Positions 1 through 8,584 of a stretch of DNA of 64,000 nucleotides are shown in pieces. Below the pieces are notes generated by a model, which was not told the origin of the DNA, ran no database searches, and saw only the letters and a program-made list of their open reading frames with translations. Position 1 is the first letter of the stretch. Each line of letters starts with the position of its first letter. This stretch comes from an uncultured bacterium. Its GTDB lineage: Bacteria > Bacteroidota > Ignavibacteria > Kapaibacteriales > UBA2268. Location of the stretch: the NCBI GenBank assembly GCA_942492935.1, contig OW818654.1, forward strand, positions 1,515,219 to 1,579,218, read 5' to 3'. Position numbers and translations under genes: made by a program.

Positions 1-2099
1 CTAAACAAGACTTATTATCAGTAGTTGGTGATTGGACAAAAGACTATACAACATTTGGCAATGCACCTTATACTTATAGAGTAAAAAATAGCCCAATGCC
101 TTTAAATTCAATATTGAATAATAGAGGTAAAAATATTGCTGAAAATCCAGTTGATATTGATGGTAATTTTAGAGGTCTTGTTGGCGAACGTTATGATATT
201 GGAGCTGTTGAGTTCTCTGGTATGTCATTATCAAGAGATATGGAAGTAATTGGTATTTCTGAGCCAGGTAGATACAAAGCTACTCCTGGAATGGCTTTTG
301 ACGATGCAGAGTATATCATGACTACTTCTCCTGTTAATGTTATTTCAAACGTTAGAAGTAACGGTTTAATGATTGAAACTAATACAAAAGTTAATCTTAA
401 AATTTACAGACAGAATCCAACTGGTGCTTGGGACCAAGAATTGAATGTTGACTCAAATATTGAAGAATTATTCTTTAGCGATAACGCAAAAATCAACTTC
501 AAACTTGCTGATGGTATTAATAATCCACCATCAAATCCTGAATTTTTCCCAAAAACTTATGGTGACTTGAAGAACTTAAACTATACAATTCCTCCACAAT
601 TCCAATTTATGGTTGCAAACGTTACACCACTTTATAAACTTGTAGTGTCTGTACCGTTTGATGAATATAATGCTAACAATAAATGGGAAAAAGTAGTAAG
701 ATTTTATATTCAAAAATCACCAATTAGCTTGATGGTTTCTGCTGAAAATATTATGCCTATTACAAAAACTTCACCACTTGAAAACATTGCTTCAAACTTA
801 AATCTTGATACTCTTGTTAAAGGTTTTAATTACCTTGGTTGGAGAATTGATTTGAATCTTGAACAACCTAAAATTGACATCGACATTTTTGACAGAATGA
901 AATGGGAACCACGTTCAATTGATTACACAATCTATCGTTCATTATTCTGGGTTGATGCTCACGATACCAAAGCTGATGGTTCTACTTCATTATTGAGAAG
1001 AACTGACAGAGAAAATATCAGCAGTTTCTTAAATTCAGGAAGTGTTGAAGTGAAGAAAAACTTTGTGATTGCAAGTCAGGAAATTGTACGCAATGAAAGT
1101 CAATTAAACGCTCCTTGGGTCAAGAATGTTTTGAATGCTAAAGCTGCTACTCCAAATAATCCTGCAGGACCTAACGGCTCTTATAATAATTTGAGAGTTA
1201 AAGGCGTAAAACTTGCGATTAATCAGTACTTTACTATCAATTCAACTCTATTTGAAAATGATGAATTTCCTAAAGCTGGTTTATTCGATATGAGTAATGC
1301 TGGTTTTGGTGAATCAAGAATCGGTTTCCAATATGAATATCACTATCAAGATGACCCATTAAAGAAAATTGTTGATTCTAAGAGAATTTCTTCAATTGCT
1401 ACTACTACAATTCCTTATAATGTAATTTATTTAGGTATTGATTGGAGACATTGGGGAGATATCCAAAAAGTTCTCAGAGCAATTATTGACTATGTAATTT
1501 ACGAAGGTGGTACTATTGTACCTGTTGAATTACTTTCATTTGATGCAAATCAAGCTGGTAAGAGAGTTGATTTAAGCTGGACTACTGCAAGTGAAAAGAA
1601 TGCTGGATATTTTGAAATTCAGAAAGCAAATGTAAATACTTCTGGAATTACAGAATTTACAACTATTTCTAACGAAAGAGCAATTGGAAACAGTTCAGTT
1701 ACTACTTACTACGGACCAATTGCAGATAAAAATGTTGAATATGGTAATATGTATGCATACAGATTGAAAATGGTTGATAATGATGGTTCATTTAGTTATA
1801 GTGAAACAAAATTTGTATCAGTTAGTGGTTTGTATAGCAATATTCAAATGACTGATGTTACTCCTAATCCAGTTTCTAACAGTTCTACATTTGATTATAC
1901 ATTAACAAATGCACAACCAGTTAAAATTAGTATTTTTGATAATAATGGTAATGAAGTTATGGTATTATTTGATGGAAATCAAAGTGCTGGTACATTTACT
2001 ATGAATATTAAAGCAGCTGATTTAACAAGTGGTACATATACAGTTGTTCTTAATTCAAATGATATCTTACTGATGAAGAGATTTACAGTAATTAAATAA
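1..2099 (+). CDS. Secreted protein of unknown function with a T9SS (Por) C-terminal sorting domain; 5'-partial
   Basis: The reading frame stays open from position 3 to the window edge, upstream of the first ATG at 96. The C-terminal ~80 aa (…ISIFDNNGNEVMVLFDGNQSAGTFTMNIKAADLTSGTYTVVLNS…) fits the T9SS type-A CTD pattern. A rho-independent terminator follows immediately. Confidence 0.7.
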   Translation, partial: KQDLLSVVGDWTKDYTTFGNAPYTYRVKNSPMPLNSILNNRGKNIAENPVDIDGNFRGLVGERYDIGAVEFSGMSLSRDMEVIGISEPGRYKATPGMAFDDAEYIMTTSPVNVISNVRSNGLMIETNTKVNLKIYRQNPTGAWDQELNVDSNIEELFFSDNAKINFKLADGINNPPSNPEFFPKTYGDLKNLNYTIPPQFQFMVANVTPLYKLVVSVPFDEYNANNKWEKVVRFYIQKSPISLMVSAENIMPITKTSPLENIASNLNLDTLVKGFNYLGWRIDLNLEQPKIDIDIFDRMKWEPRSIDYTIYRSLFWVDAHDTKADGSTSLLRRTDRENISSFLNSGSVEVKKNFVIASQEIVRNESQLNAPWVKNVLNAKAATPNNPAGPNGSYNNLRVKGVKLAINQYFTINSTLFENDEFPKAGLFDMSNAGFGESRIGFQYEYHYQDDPLKKIVDSKRISSIATTTIPYNVIYLGIDWRHWGDIQKVLRAIIDYVIYEGGTIVPVELLSFDANQAGKRVDLSWTTASEKNAGYFEIQKANVNTSGITEFTTISNERAIGNSSVTTYYGPIADKNVEYGNMYAYRLKMVDNDGSFSYSETKFVSVSGLYSNIQMTDVTPNPVSNSSTFDYTLTNAQPVKISIFDNNGNEVMVLFDGNQSAGTFTMNIKAADLTSGTYTVVLNSNDILLMKRFTVIK

Positions 2100-2123
2100 T
2101 TTGATTTAATGAAAATTATTATA

Positions 2124-2152
2124 AAACCTCTCATTTCGAGAGGTTTTTTTTT
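2124..2152 (+). terminator. Rho-independent terminator
   Basis: aaacctctcatttcgagaggttt hairpin followed by a T9 run, directly after the stop at 2099. Confidence 0.75.
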
Positions 2153-2212
2153 GTATCTAATTAAAAGCTGTAGCAACATAGGGCTTGCAAAAGTGCGGAG
2201 TTTCGTAAATAT

Positions 2213-2236
2213 TCATTCTGAACTCGTTTCAGAATC
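2213..2236. repeat. REP-like palindromic unit (CATTCTGAAC-N3-GTTTCAGAATCC family), single copy plus a degenerate half-copy at 2250-2266
   Basis: Same 24-26-bp dyad unit as the copies at 11477-11552, 12979-13007 and 15109-15270. Confidence 0.7.
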
Positions 2237-2544
2237 CATTCTTCATATTATGTCATTCTGAACCTGTTATTCCGAACATCGTGAGGAAACCAGAAATTGT
2301 TCATTTATATATTATTACTGGATTTTTCGTAAAAGCTATAAATGAAGAAATGCCATATAAAAATACATCCGTAGGTTGATTTGTTCTTGGATTTTCATGT
2401 TCTACTAAGGTTTATAAGTGCTCAGATTTTTAAATACCTTTATTTTAATTATTAACCTTAGTAGAAAGCAAAAAACCAATGACAATTAACCTTATTATTT
2501 ATATTGCTTTAATTTATTTTCAATTCTTGAAACTAAGAAGTTAT

Positions 2545-2820
2545 TTCGAAAGAAGACCTCAAAGAGGTCGAATGCTTATAGTAACTTTAATTTATATATG
2601 AATTCGACCTCGAAGTGGTCGTATCGTAGTAATTTCAGATTCAATTCTATAATCATTGAATCTCTTTGAGATTAAAAATATTCCTTTGAATAAAGACCTC
2701 GAAGAGGTCAAATGCTTATAGAATGTATAATTGACACATAAATTCGACCTCGCTGAGGTCGTATCGTAGTAATTTCAAATTATTTTCTATAATTATTGAA
2801 TCTCTTTGAGATTTAGTAAG
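2545..2820. repeat. Tandem duplication (2 x ~140 bp) of an intergenic module carrying three short hairpins per unit
   Basis: Two near-identical units. Each contains GACCTC-aaa-GAGGTC, CGACCtcgaagtGGTCG and AATCTC-ttt-GAGATT stem-loops. No ORF covers the region. Confidence 0.7.
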
Positions 2821-2946
2821 AAAATAAATTAAAATATATGCTTTTTGGAGCAGTGAAAATATTTTTTATTTTTTTTCATTCCTATGAAACGAAAAGTACT
2901 TTCATGTGTCATTATATATGTGAGAATTGCAAAGTTGGAAAAAGTT

Positions 2947-4221
2947 ATGAAGAATTTAGTTTTGTTATTAATGCTACTTTTTTGCGGCAGTAGTTTATTT
3001 GCGGAAGAAATCCCAAATGGTGATGGTGACTTGATTTGGGAGCAGGACATTTCGCCCAGATTTGTTAGAGATGCAAAGTTCCATCCTATCACGGGAAATA
3101 TAATTGCTGCTGTGAATCATGAAATATGGGAAATTGATGTGAAAGATGGGCACAAAATCAGAGTTTTTGAAGGTGGACCCGCTACAGGACCTTATGACCA
3201 ATTTGAAAGACTACAAATAACAAGCGATGGAAAGACAATGGTTACTGGCATGGGAGGTGGAATAAAAGGACTAATTATTTGGGATTATGAAAGTGGGAAA
3301 ATTAGACGTGTTTTTGATAAAGTTTTTCCTTGGCAAAAGTGTTTAGGAATCTTTCCTGACAACAATAGGGTTGTTTTATTCTGTACATCAATACCGAATT
3401 CTACTGGAAAGCATTACTTAGTAATTTATGATATGCTAAAAGACTCAATAATTAAATCCGAAAATACTAATTCAAAATTAATACAGCAAATGTCCTTATC
3501 AAAGGATGGTAAATATTTAGCCGTAGGTTGTTGGAATTCAAATGAAAATAAGTACAAAATGGAACTCTGGGATGCAGAAACACTAACACACATAAGAGAT
3601 TTTGGCGAGGCATTTTCTGCAAATGAATTTTGGGACGTAAAAATCTCAAACGATAACAAATATTTTGGGTTCTTGGCGAATAACAAATATTATTTTTATG
3701 ATTTTGATGGAAAAGTTATAAATCTAGCTCCAAATGCAGAAACATACTCTTTTTGTTTCGATGATAGTAATAAATTTATTGTTTACGGTGATGTTATTGA
3801 TAATATATATCAAGTAAATGTGAAACAGATATCTAATAATAAAATTAAGTATCAATATATAAAAACACAACCTTTTTTAAATTTTACATTAAACTCAAAA
3901 AATCAATTTTTTTCTGGATATTCAACTTTGCGTTTGTTCTCAAATCATTGGTTTACAGTAGATGTAAATGAAGAAAATCCAGAGGTATTTAAAATAAACT
4001 ACTTTAATAACAAATTAACAATAGAAAACTCAATTGGTTTAATGATTAATAAAATAAATATTACTGATATTACTGGTAAAATTATCTATTCAAAAAAAAA
4101 CGAACTCAATTCTATAGATATTGTAACATTAGATATGTTATTGAAAAATGGAGTTTATTTTGCAACAATACATACAGCAAATGGAAAGATTTATTCACAA
4201 AAATTTATTGTTATTGAATAG
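2947..4221 (+). CDS. Secreted protein with N-terminal signal peptide and T9SS C-terminal sorting domain
   Basis: The start is taken at the internal Met, MKNLVLLLMLLFCGSSLFA, which is a signal peptide. The C-terminal …ITDITGKIIYSKKNELNSIDIVTLDMLLKNGVYFATIHTANGKIYSQKFIVIE is CTD-like. Confidence 0.65.
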   Translation: MKNLVLLLMLLFCGSSLFAEEIPNGDGDLIWEQDISPRFVRDAKFHPITGNIIAAVNHEIWEIDVKDGHKIRVFEGGPATGPYDQFERLQITSDGKTMVTGMGGGIKGLIIWDYESGKIRRVFDKVFPWQKCLGIFPDNNRVVLFCTSIPNSTGKHYLVIYDMLKDSIIKSENTNSKLIQQMSLSKDGKYLAVGCWNSNENKYKMELWDAETLTHIRDFGEAFSANEFWDVKISNDNKYFGFLANNKYYFYDFDGKVINLAPNAETYSFCFDDSNKFIVYGDVIDNIYQVNVKQISNNKIKYQYIKTQPFLNFTLNSKNQFFSGYSTLRLFSNHWFTVDVNEENPEVFKINYFNNKLTIENSIGLMINKINITDITGKIIYSKKNELNSIDIVTLDMLLKNGVYFATIHTANGKIYSQKFIVIE

Positions 4222-4554
4222 GTGAAATATGAAAAAAATATTAATTTTAAGTGTTATTGCAACAATTTCTATTTGCAATTTAATTTTACAAAATAGTGAA
4301 CTTATACAAATTTGACCAAAAATTAATTATTAATTATGAATAAAATAAATATGTATTCTACAATAGAGAATTATGTGAATTTAACTACAGATAATTGATT
4401 TTTTTATAAATAGTATGATTTTTTTTCTATTTTATTGCTATTTAATGAAATAAGTGAATTTTTTATTTTTCTATTCTAATTGAGTTTGTTAATTTTGTTT
4501 TTTTAAATATAAATTAATTAAATATTAAGTTTTAATAATCATTTTAGGTGTATA

Positions 4555-4851
4555 ATGACAAAAGCAGATATTGTTGATGAAATTGCAAAAGCAACGGGAT
4601 TGACAAAGATCGAAACAAAATCAGTGGTAGATGGTGTATTTTCAAGTATTGTAAATGCTATTGCGGAAGGAAAGAGAATTGAATTACGCGGTTTTGGTGT
4701 TTTCAAACAAAAAAGCCGTAAACCAAGAATGGCAAGAAATCCAAAAACTGGTGAATTAGTGCCATTGGAAAAGAGATTTGTACCGGTATTCAAACCATCT
4801 CCAGAGTTTTTAAATAAAGTAAATGAGAATATGAAAGGTTCTGAAGAATAA
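4555..4851 (+). CDS. HU/IHF-family nucleoid DNA-binding protein
   Basis: MTKADIVDEIAKATGLTK…RIELRGFGVFKQKSRKPRMARNPKTGELVPLEKRFVPVFKPS is a canonical HU fold signature (RNP-G-F arm motif). A terminator follows. Confidence 0.9.
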   Translation: MTKADIVDEIAKATGLTKIETKSVVDGVFSSIVNAIAEGKRIELRGFGVFKQKSRKPRMARNPKTGELVPLEKRFVPVFKPSPEFLNKVNENMKGSEE

Positions 4852-4870
4852 GCTATTCTTTATTAAACAT

Positions 4871-4902
4871 AAAAAAATGCCTCATTTAGAGGCATTTTTT
4901 TT
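4871..4902 (+). terminator. Rho-independent terminator after the HU gene
   Basis: atgcctcatttagaggcat hairpin followed by a T8 run. Confidence 0.75.
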
Positions 4903-4970
4903 AAAATTATGAAACTTTTTTTGCATTAATGTTTAATTAATATTTTGAATCATATATAAATGGTAAAGTT

Positions 4971-6875
4971 ATGAAAAAATACTTAGTTGCTGCTTTATTG
5001 TTCACTTGTTTTTTTGATTTATATTCACAGGATAATGAAAATCCTCTGAAAGAATTCTGGAAAAAAGAAAAAATTAAAATTAATGTGGAAGAAGCACTTA
5101 AAATTATCAATAGTCCTGAATATCAGGCAAATAAGCGACTTTTGGATAAGCGAACGAATAATGATGTATTACAAGCAGATAAATCAATTTTCAATGATAA
5201 TCAATCAAACATACCAGAATCTGAAATTCATTCAGCTATAAACCCAACAGACCCTTTGAACGTTGTAGTATCCCCTATCAGACAAAATCGTTTAGACCCT
5301 ACTGCTTCAATTACATGCCCGATTTATTATACTAAAGATGGTGGCAAAACTTGGAGTTTAAGTTCATTCCAAACTTCTCCTCCTGCTAAAGATTTTATGT
5401 TAGCTGGTGGTGGTGACCCAGTGTTTGCTTTTGATGCTAATGGAGTTTTATTTATGTCTTGGATACATTTGTATTTAACTTTACGAAATGTTGGAGAACC
5501 AAATAATCCAAATTTTACACCTGATTCGTTAATGGTTGGACTTTTTTATGCAAAATCAACTGATGGTGGTGCATCTTGGAATTATACTGGCTCAAGTATT
5601 GAATCAATTCAAAAATCAAAATACACCCAAAACCAAAATCCATCTTGGGATTTTATGCTTGATAAACAATGGATGGCAACTGATTTATCTAATTCTCAAT
5701 ATCGAAATTCTGTATATATGTCTGCTGTAAAAATAAGTTTTAAAACAGGCAAATATCAAATGGTTTTATACAGAAAAGAACCCAACTCAGATGAATTTTT
5801 AACAACACCTACTTTAATTAATACAGCTGGTTTTGCATCAGTTCAGTTTGGAAACGTTGATGTTGACAATGATGGGAATGTTCATTATACTTTTATGGGA
5901 ACAAATAGTTCAAATCAGTTCTTTCTTTATCATTGTATATCTGAAGACGGTGGAGCTACTTTTTCAAATCCTGTAAAAATTACAGAATTTACTGGCTCAA
6001 TGAGGCAATCTAATGGTTTTCAATTAATTGATGGAATCTCTGAAAGTAGATTATACCCTTCACCATATATGGCAGTTGATAAATCAAATGGAAAAAATAG
6101 TGGAAATATTTATATCACATGGACTGCAAATGGAATTACAAGTAATGTAGGCGCTGGTCATGATGTATATTTTTCATTTTCAGAAGACCAAGGAAAAACT
6201 TGGAGCAATCCAAGTGTTGTGAATGATAATTTCCCAAATGACAACACACATAGCTTTTATTCTAATATAGCTGTAAATGATAGTGGAGTAGTTGCAGTAA
6301 CTTTTTATGATAGAAGAAGTGATTTAGTAAATAATGTACAAACCGACTATTATATAGCATTTTCTTTTGATGGTGGAAATACTTTTGATAAAAACATAAA
6401 ATTAACTTCATCACCTTCAAATTTTCTTTATATTGGAAATCAAAATAACGGCTTTGGGATTGGTGAATACAATGGCGTAGTAATGACTGATAAATTTGCA
6501 TATCCATTTTGGGCTGATGGAAGAACCAATAACGGAGAAATTTTAATTTATACAGCTGAAGTTCCTATTGAAAAAAATGCTGGAGCTGTAAACTCATTAA
6601 ATCCAATAAATAATAAAATCAAAATTGATAACATAAGTCCAATTCCAGCAAATTCAAAATTATTGATTGATTTTACATTAGAATCTGAATTAGAATTGTC
6701 TTATGATATTATTGATTTAAAAGGAAATATTATTAAATCATTAGAAAATTCATATTTTAAAACTGGGGTAAATTCTTTTGAAATCAATCTTTTCGATATA
6801 ATTACAGGAACATATTTATTGAGAATAAATTCAAAAGTTGGTTATTTAATCAAAAAATTTACTGTTAAAAAATAA
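4971..6875 (+). CDS. BNR/Asp-box repeat (sialidase-fold) secreted protein with T9SS C-terminal domain
   Basis: Signal peptide MKKYLVAALLFTCFF. There are at least five S-x-D-x-G-x-T-W/F Asp-box motifs (DGGKTWS, DGGASWN, DGGATFS, DQGKTWS, DGGNTFD). The C-terminal region has a CTD-like beta-sandwich sequence. Confidence 0.7.
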   Translation: MKKYLVAALLFTCFFDLYSQDNENPLKEFWKKEKIKINVEEALKIINSPEYQANKRLLDKRTNNDVLQADKSIFNDNQSNIPESEIHSAINPTDPLNVVVSPIRQNRLDPTASITCPIYYTKDGGKTWSLSSFQTSPPAKDFMLAGGGDPVFAFDANGVLFMSWIHLYLTLRNVGEPNNPNFTPDSLMVGLFYAKSTDGGASWNYTGSSIESIQKSKYTQNQNPSWDFMLDKQWMATDLSNSQYRNSVYMSAVKISFKTGKYQMVLYRKEPNSDEFLTTPTLINTAGFASVQFGNVDVDNDGNVHYTFMGTNSSNQFFLYHCISEDGGATFSNPVKITEFTGSMRQSNGFQLIDGISESRLYPSPYMAVDKSNGKNSGNIYITWTANGITSNVGAGHDVYFSFSEDQGKTWSNPSVVNDNFPNDNTHSFYSNIAVNDSGVVAVTFYDRRSDLVNNVQTDYYIAFSFDGGNTFDKNIKLTSSPSNFLYIGNQNNGFGIGEYNGVVMTDKFAYPFWADGRTNNGEILIYTAEVPIEKNAGAVNSLNPINNKIKIDNISPIPANSKLLIDFTLESELELSYDIIDLKGNIIKSLENSYFKTGVNSFEINLFDIITGTYLLRINSKVGYLIKKFTVKK

Positions 6876-7274
6876 ATGAATAATAAGTAAAAAAATTGCT
6901 TTATTGGGATTAATAATTTTTATAGATGGGCGCCACTTCAATAATGGCGTCCATCTGTTCAAAAAAATATCAAAGAACTTCAATATATATTCATCTTCCA
7001 AATTCAATATAAATGATTCAGTGCATATATACGAACAAAATATATCAGTAACTTAGTAATAGTTATGAATCAAATCATTTCAAATATTTCATTGAATTTT
7101 TTGAAATTATGTCATTCAATTCACGTCAATTGTGAATATTTTGTCATAATATATAAAATTAGTTTTGCTATATTAACAATAAGTGCTAATTTTCGTTTTT
7201 AGTTAGTGCAATTTTCAAAAATGTTTTTTGAAATTGCAATTTAAAAGTTATTATTTATATTAGGTATAATTAAA

Positions 7275-8546
7275 ATGCAAATTTCAGGTTTAAGGTACGG
7301 TCAGCAACTATTGGATTTAGTGGAATTTCCACATTCAAAAGTACTGCTTGGAAGTGCCACAAATGAAGATATTGAGCAATTAATGAAAGCTACCGGTAAG
7401 GTAGTAGTTAAACCCTTCTTTTCCGGTGGAGTAGGAAAAAAAGGGAAAGCTGGTTTGGTAAAAGTAGCAAAATCATTGGAAGAAGCTATGAAAGCCAAAG
7501 AAGAGCTTTATTTTGCAAGTCATTTCTATGGTACAAAACCAATAAAATCTAATGGCATTACTTTTGAAGAATTTGTTCCGTCTGATTCTGATATGGAGTT
7601 ATATTTTAGCATAACTGATTCTACTGTCGAACGTAAACCAATCTTTACAATCACTCCTTATGGCGGAGTTGATATTGAAGAATTACCAGCCGATAAAAAA
7701 GCAGTTGTATGGATAGACCCTCTTATCGGAATTAAATCTTTCGATATTACAAACGCATTGAATGACCTTGGTTGTCCTGAAAAATATATTTCTCCTTTGG
7801 TTCAGCATATACCTAAATTATGGGATTTATACTATAATTTCGGTGTTTCAACTCTTGAAATCAATCCATTAAGAATAAAGAAAGTTGGCTCAAATTATAT
7901 TCCTGTTGCTTGCGATTTGAAAGCTTCATTCGACCAAGATAATCCAGATTGGAAACGTATTGGTTTGCCTCCTTCAATTTTTGTTAATGATTCTACAAAA
8001 TTTGAAACTGAAATCAATAAACTACGAACTTATCAAGGTCAAAGCGATGTTGTTGAAATAAATTCTAAAGGTACAATCATTCCTTATATGTTTGGTGGTG
8101 GTGCAAACTCTGCAGCTACTGAAACTCTCGGTGCTAAGGCAATTTTTGCATCTGACTTTGGTGGAAATCCTCCTTATGAAAAGATATATGAAATAAGTAA
8201 AATAGTATTTAATAATTGGATTAATCAGGCAAATGTATTGTTGATTATCGGTGGTAAAGCTAATAATACTGATATTTACGTTACATTGAAAGGTGTATTT
8301 GATGCTTTACGTGATGATATTGCATTAAATGGCAAAAAGCCGATTTATACTGTTATTGGCAGAGGTGGTCCAAATCTTATACAAGGTATGTTTTATGCAA
8401 AAGATATACTTGATACTTTAAAATTGCCATATAAATTCTTTGGATATGATTCTTCAATGATAAAAGTACTTGATTATGCTAAACGAATTGATGACTGGTG
8501 GGGTTTGGAAGGTAAAAATGATTATATCAATAAATATATTTTATAA
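7275..8546 (+). CDS. aclB: ATP-citrate lyase beta subunit-like (ATP-grasp, succinyl-CoA-synthetase-beta-like)
   Basis: ATP-grasp N-terminal pattern (…KVVVKPFFSGGVGKKGKAGLVKVAKSLEEA…) resembling SucC/AclB. It sits immediately upstream of a CoA-ligase-alpha/citrate-synthase fusion gene. Confidence 0.65.
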   Translation: MQISGLRYGQQLLDLVEFPHSKVLLGSATNEDIEQLMKATGKVVVKPFFSGGVGKKGKAGLVKVAKSLEEAMKAKEELYFASHFYGTKPIKSNGITFEEFVPSDSDMELYFSITDSTVERKPIFTITPYGGVDIEELPADKKAVVWIDPLIGIKSFDITNALNDLGCPEKYISPLVQHIPKLWDLYYNFGVSTLEINPLRIKKVGSNYIPVACDLKASFDQDNPDWKRIGLPPSIFVNDSTKFETEINKLRTYQGQSDVVEINSKGTIIPYMFGGGANSAATETLGAKAIFASDFGGNPPYEKIYEISKIVFNNWINQANVLLIIGGKANNTDIYVTLKGVFDALRDDIALNGKKPIYTVIGRGGPNLIQGMFYAKDILDTLKLPYKFFGYDSSMIKVLDYAKRIDDWWGLEGKNDYINKYIL

Positions 8547-8584
8547 TTTCAATTAATTAAGAAAATAATTCAGGTTAAAATAAA

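Noticed and set aside
1979-3686. Short antisense ORFs (1979-2179, 2829-3092, 2995-3201, 3426-3686, 3467-3649)
   Set aside because: They overlap better-supported genes or lie in the repeat-filled intergenic tract, and they show no conserved motifs.
4539-4793. 84-aa ORF antisense to the HU gene
   Set aside because: It lies completely inside a confidently identified conserved gene on the other strand.
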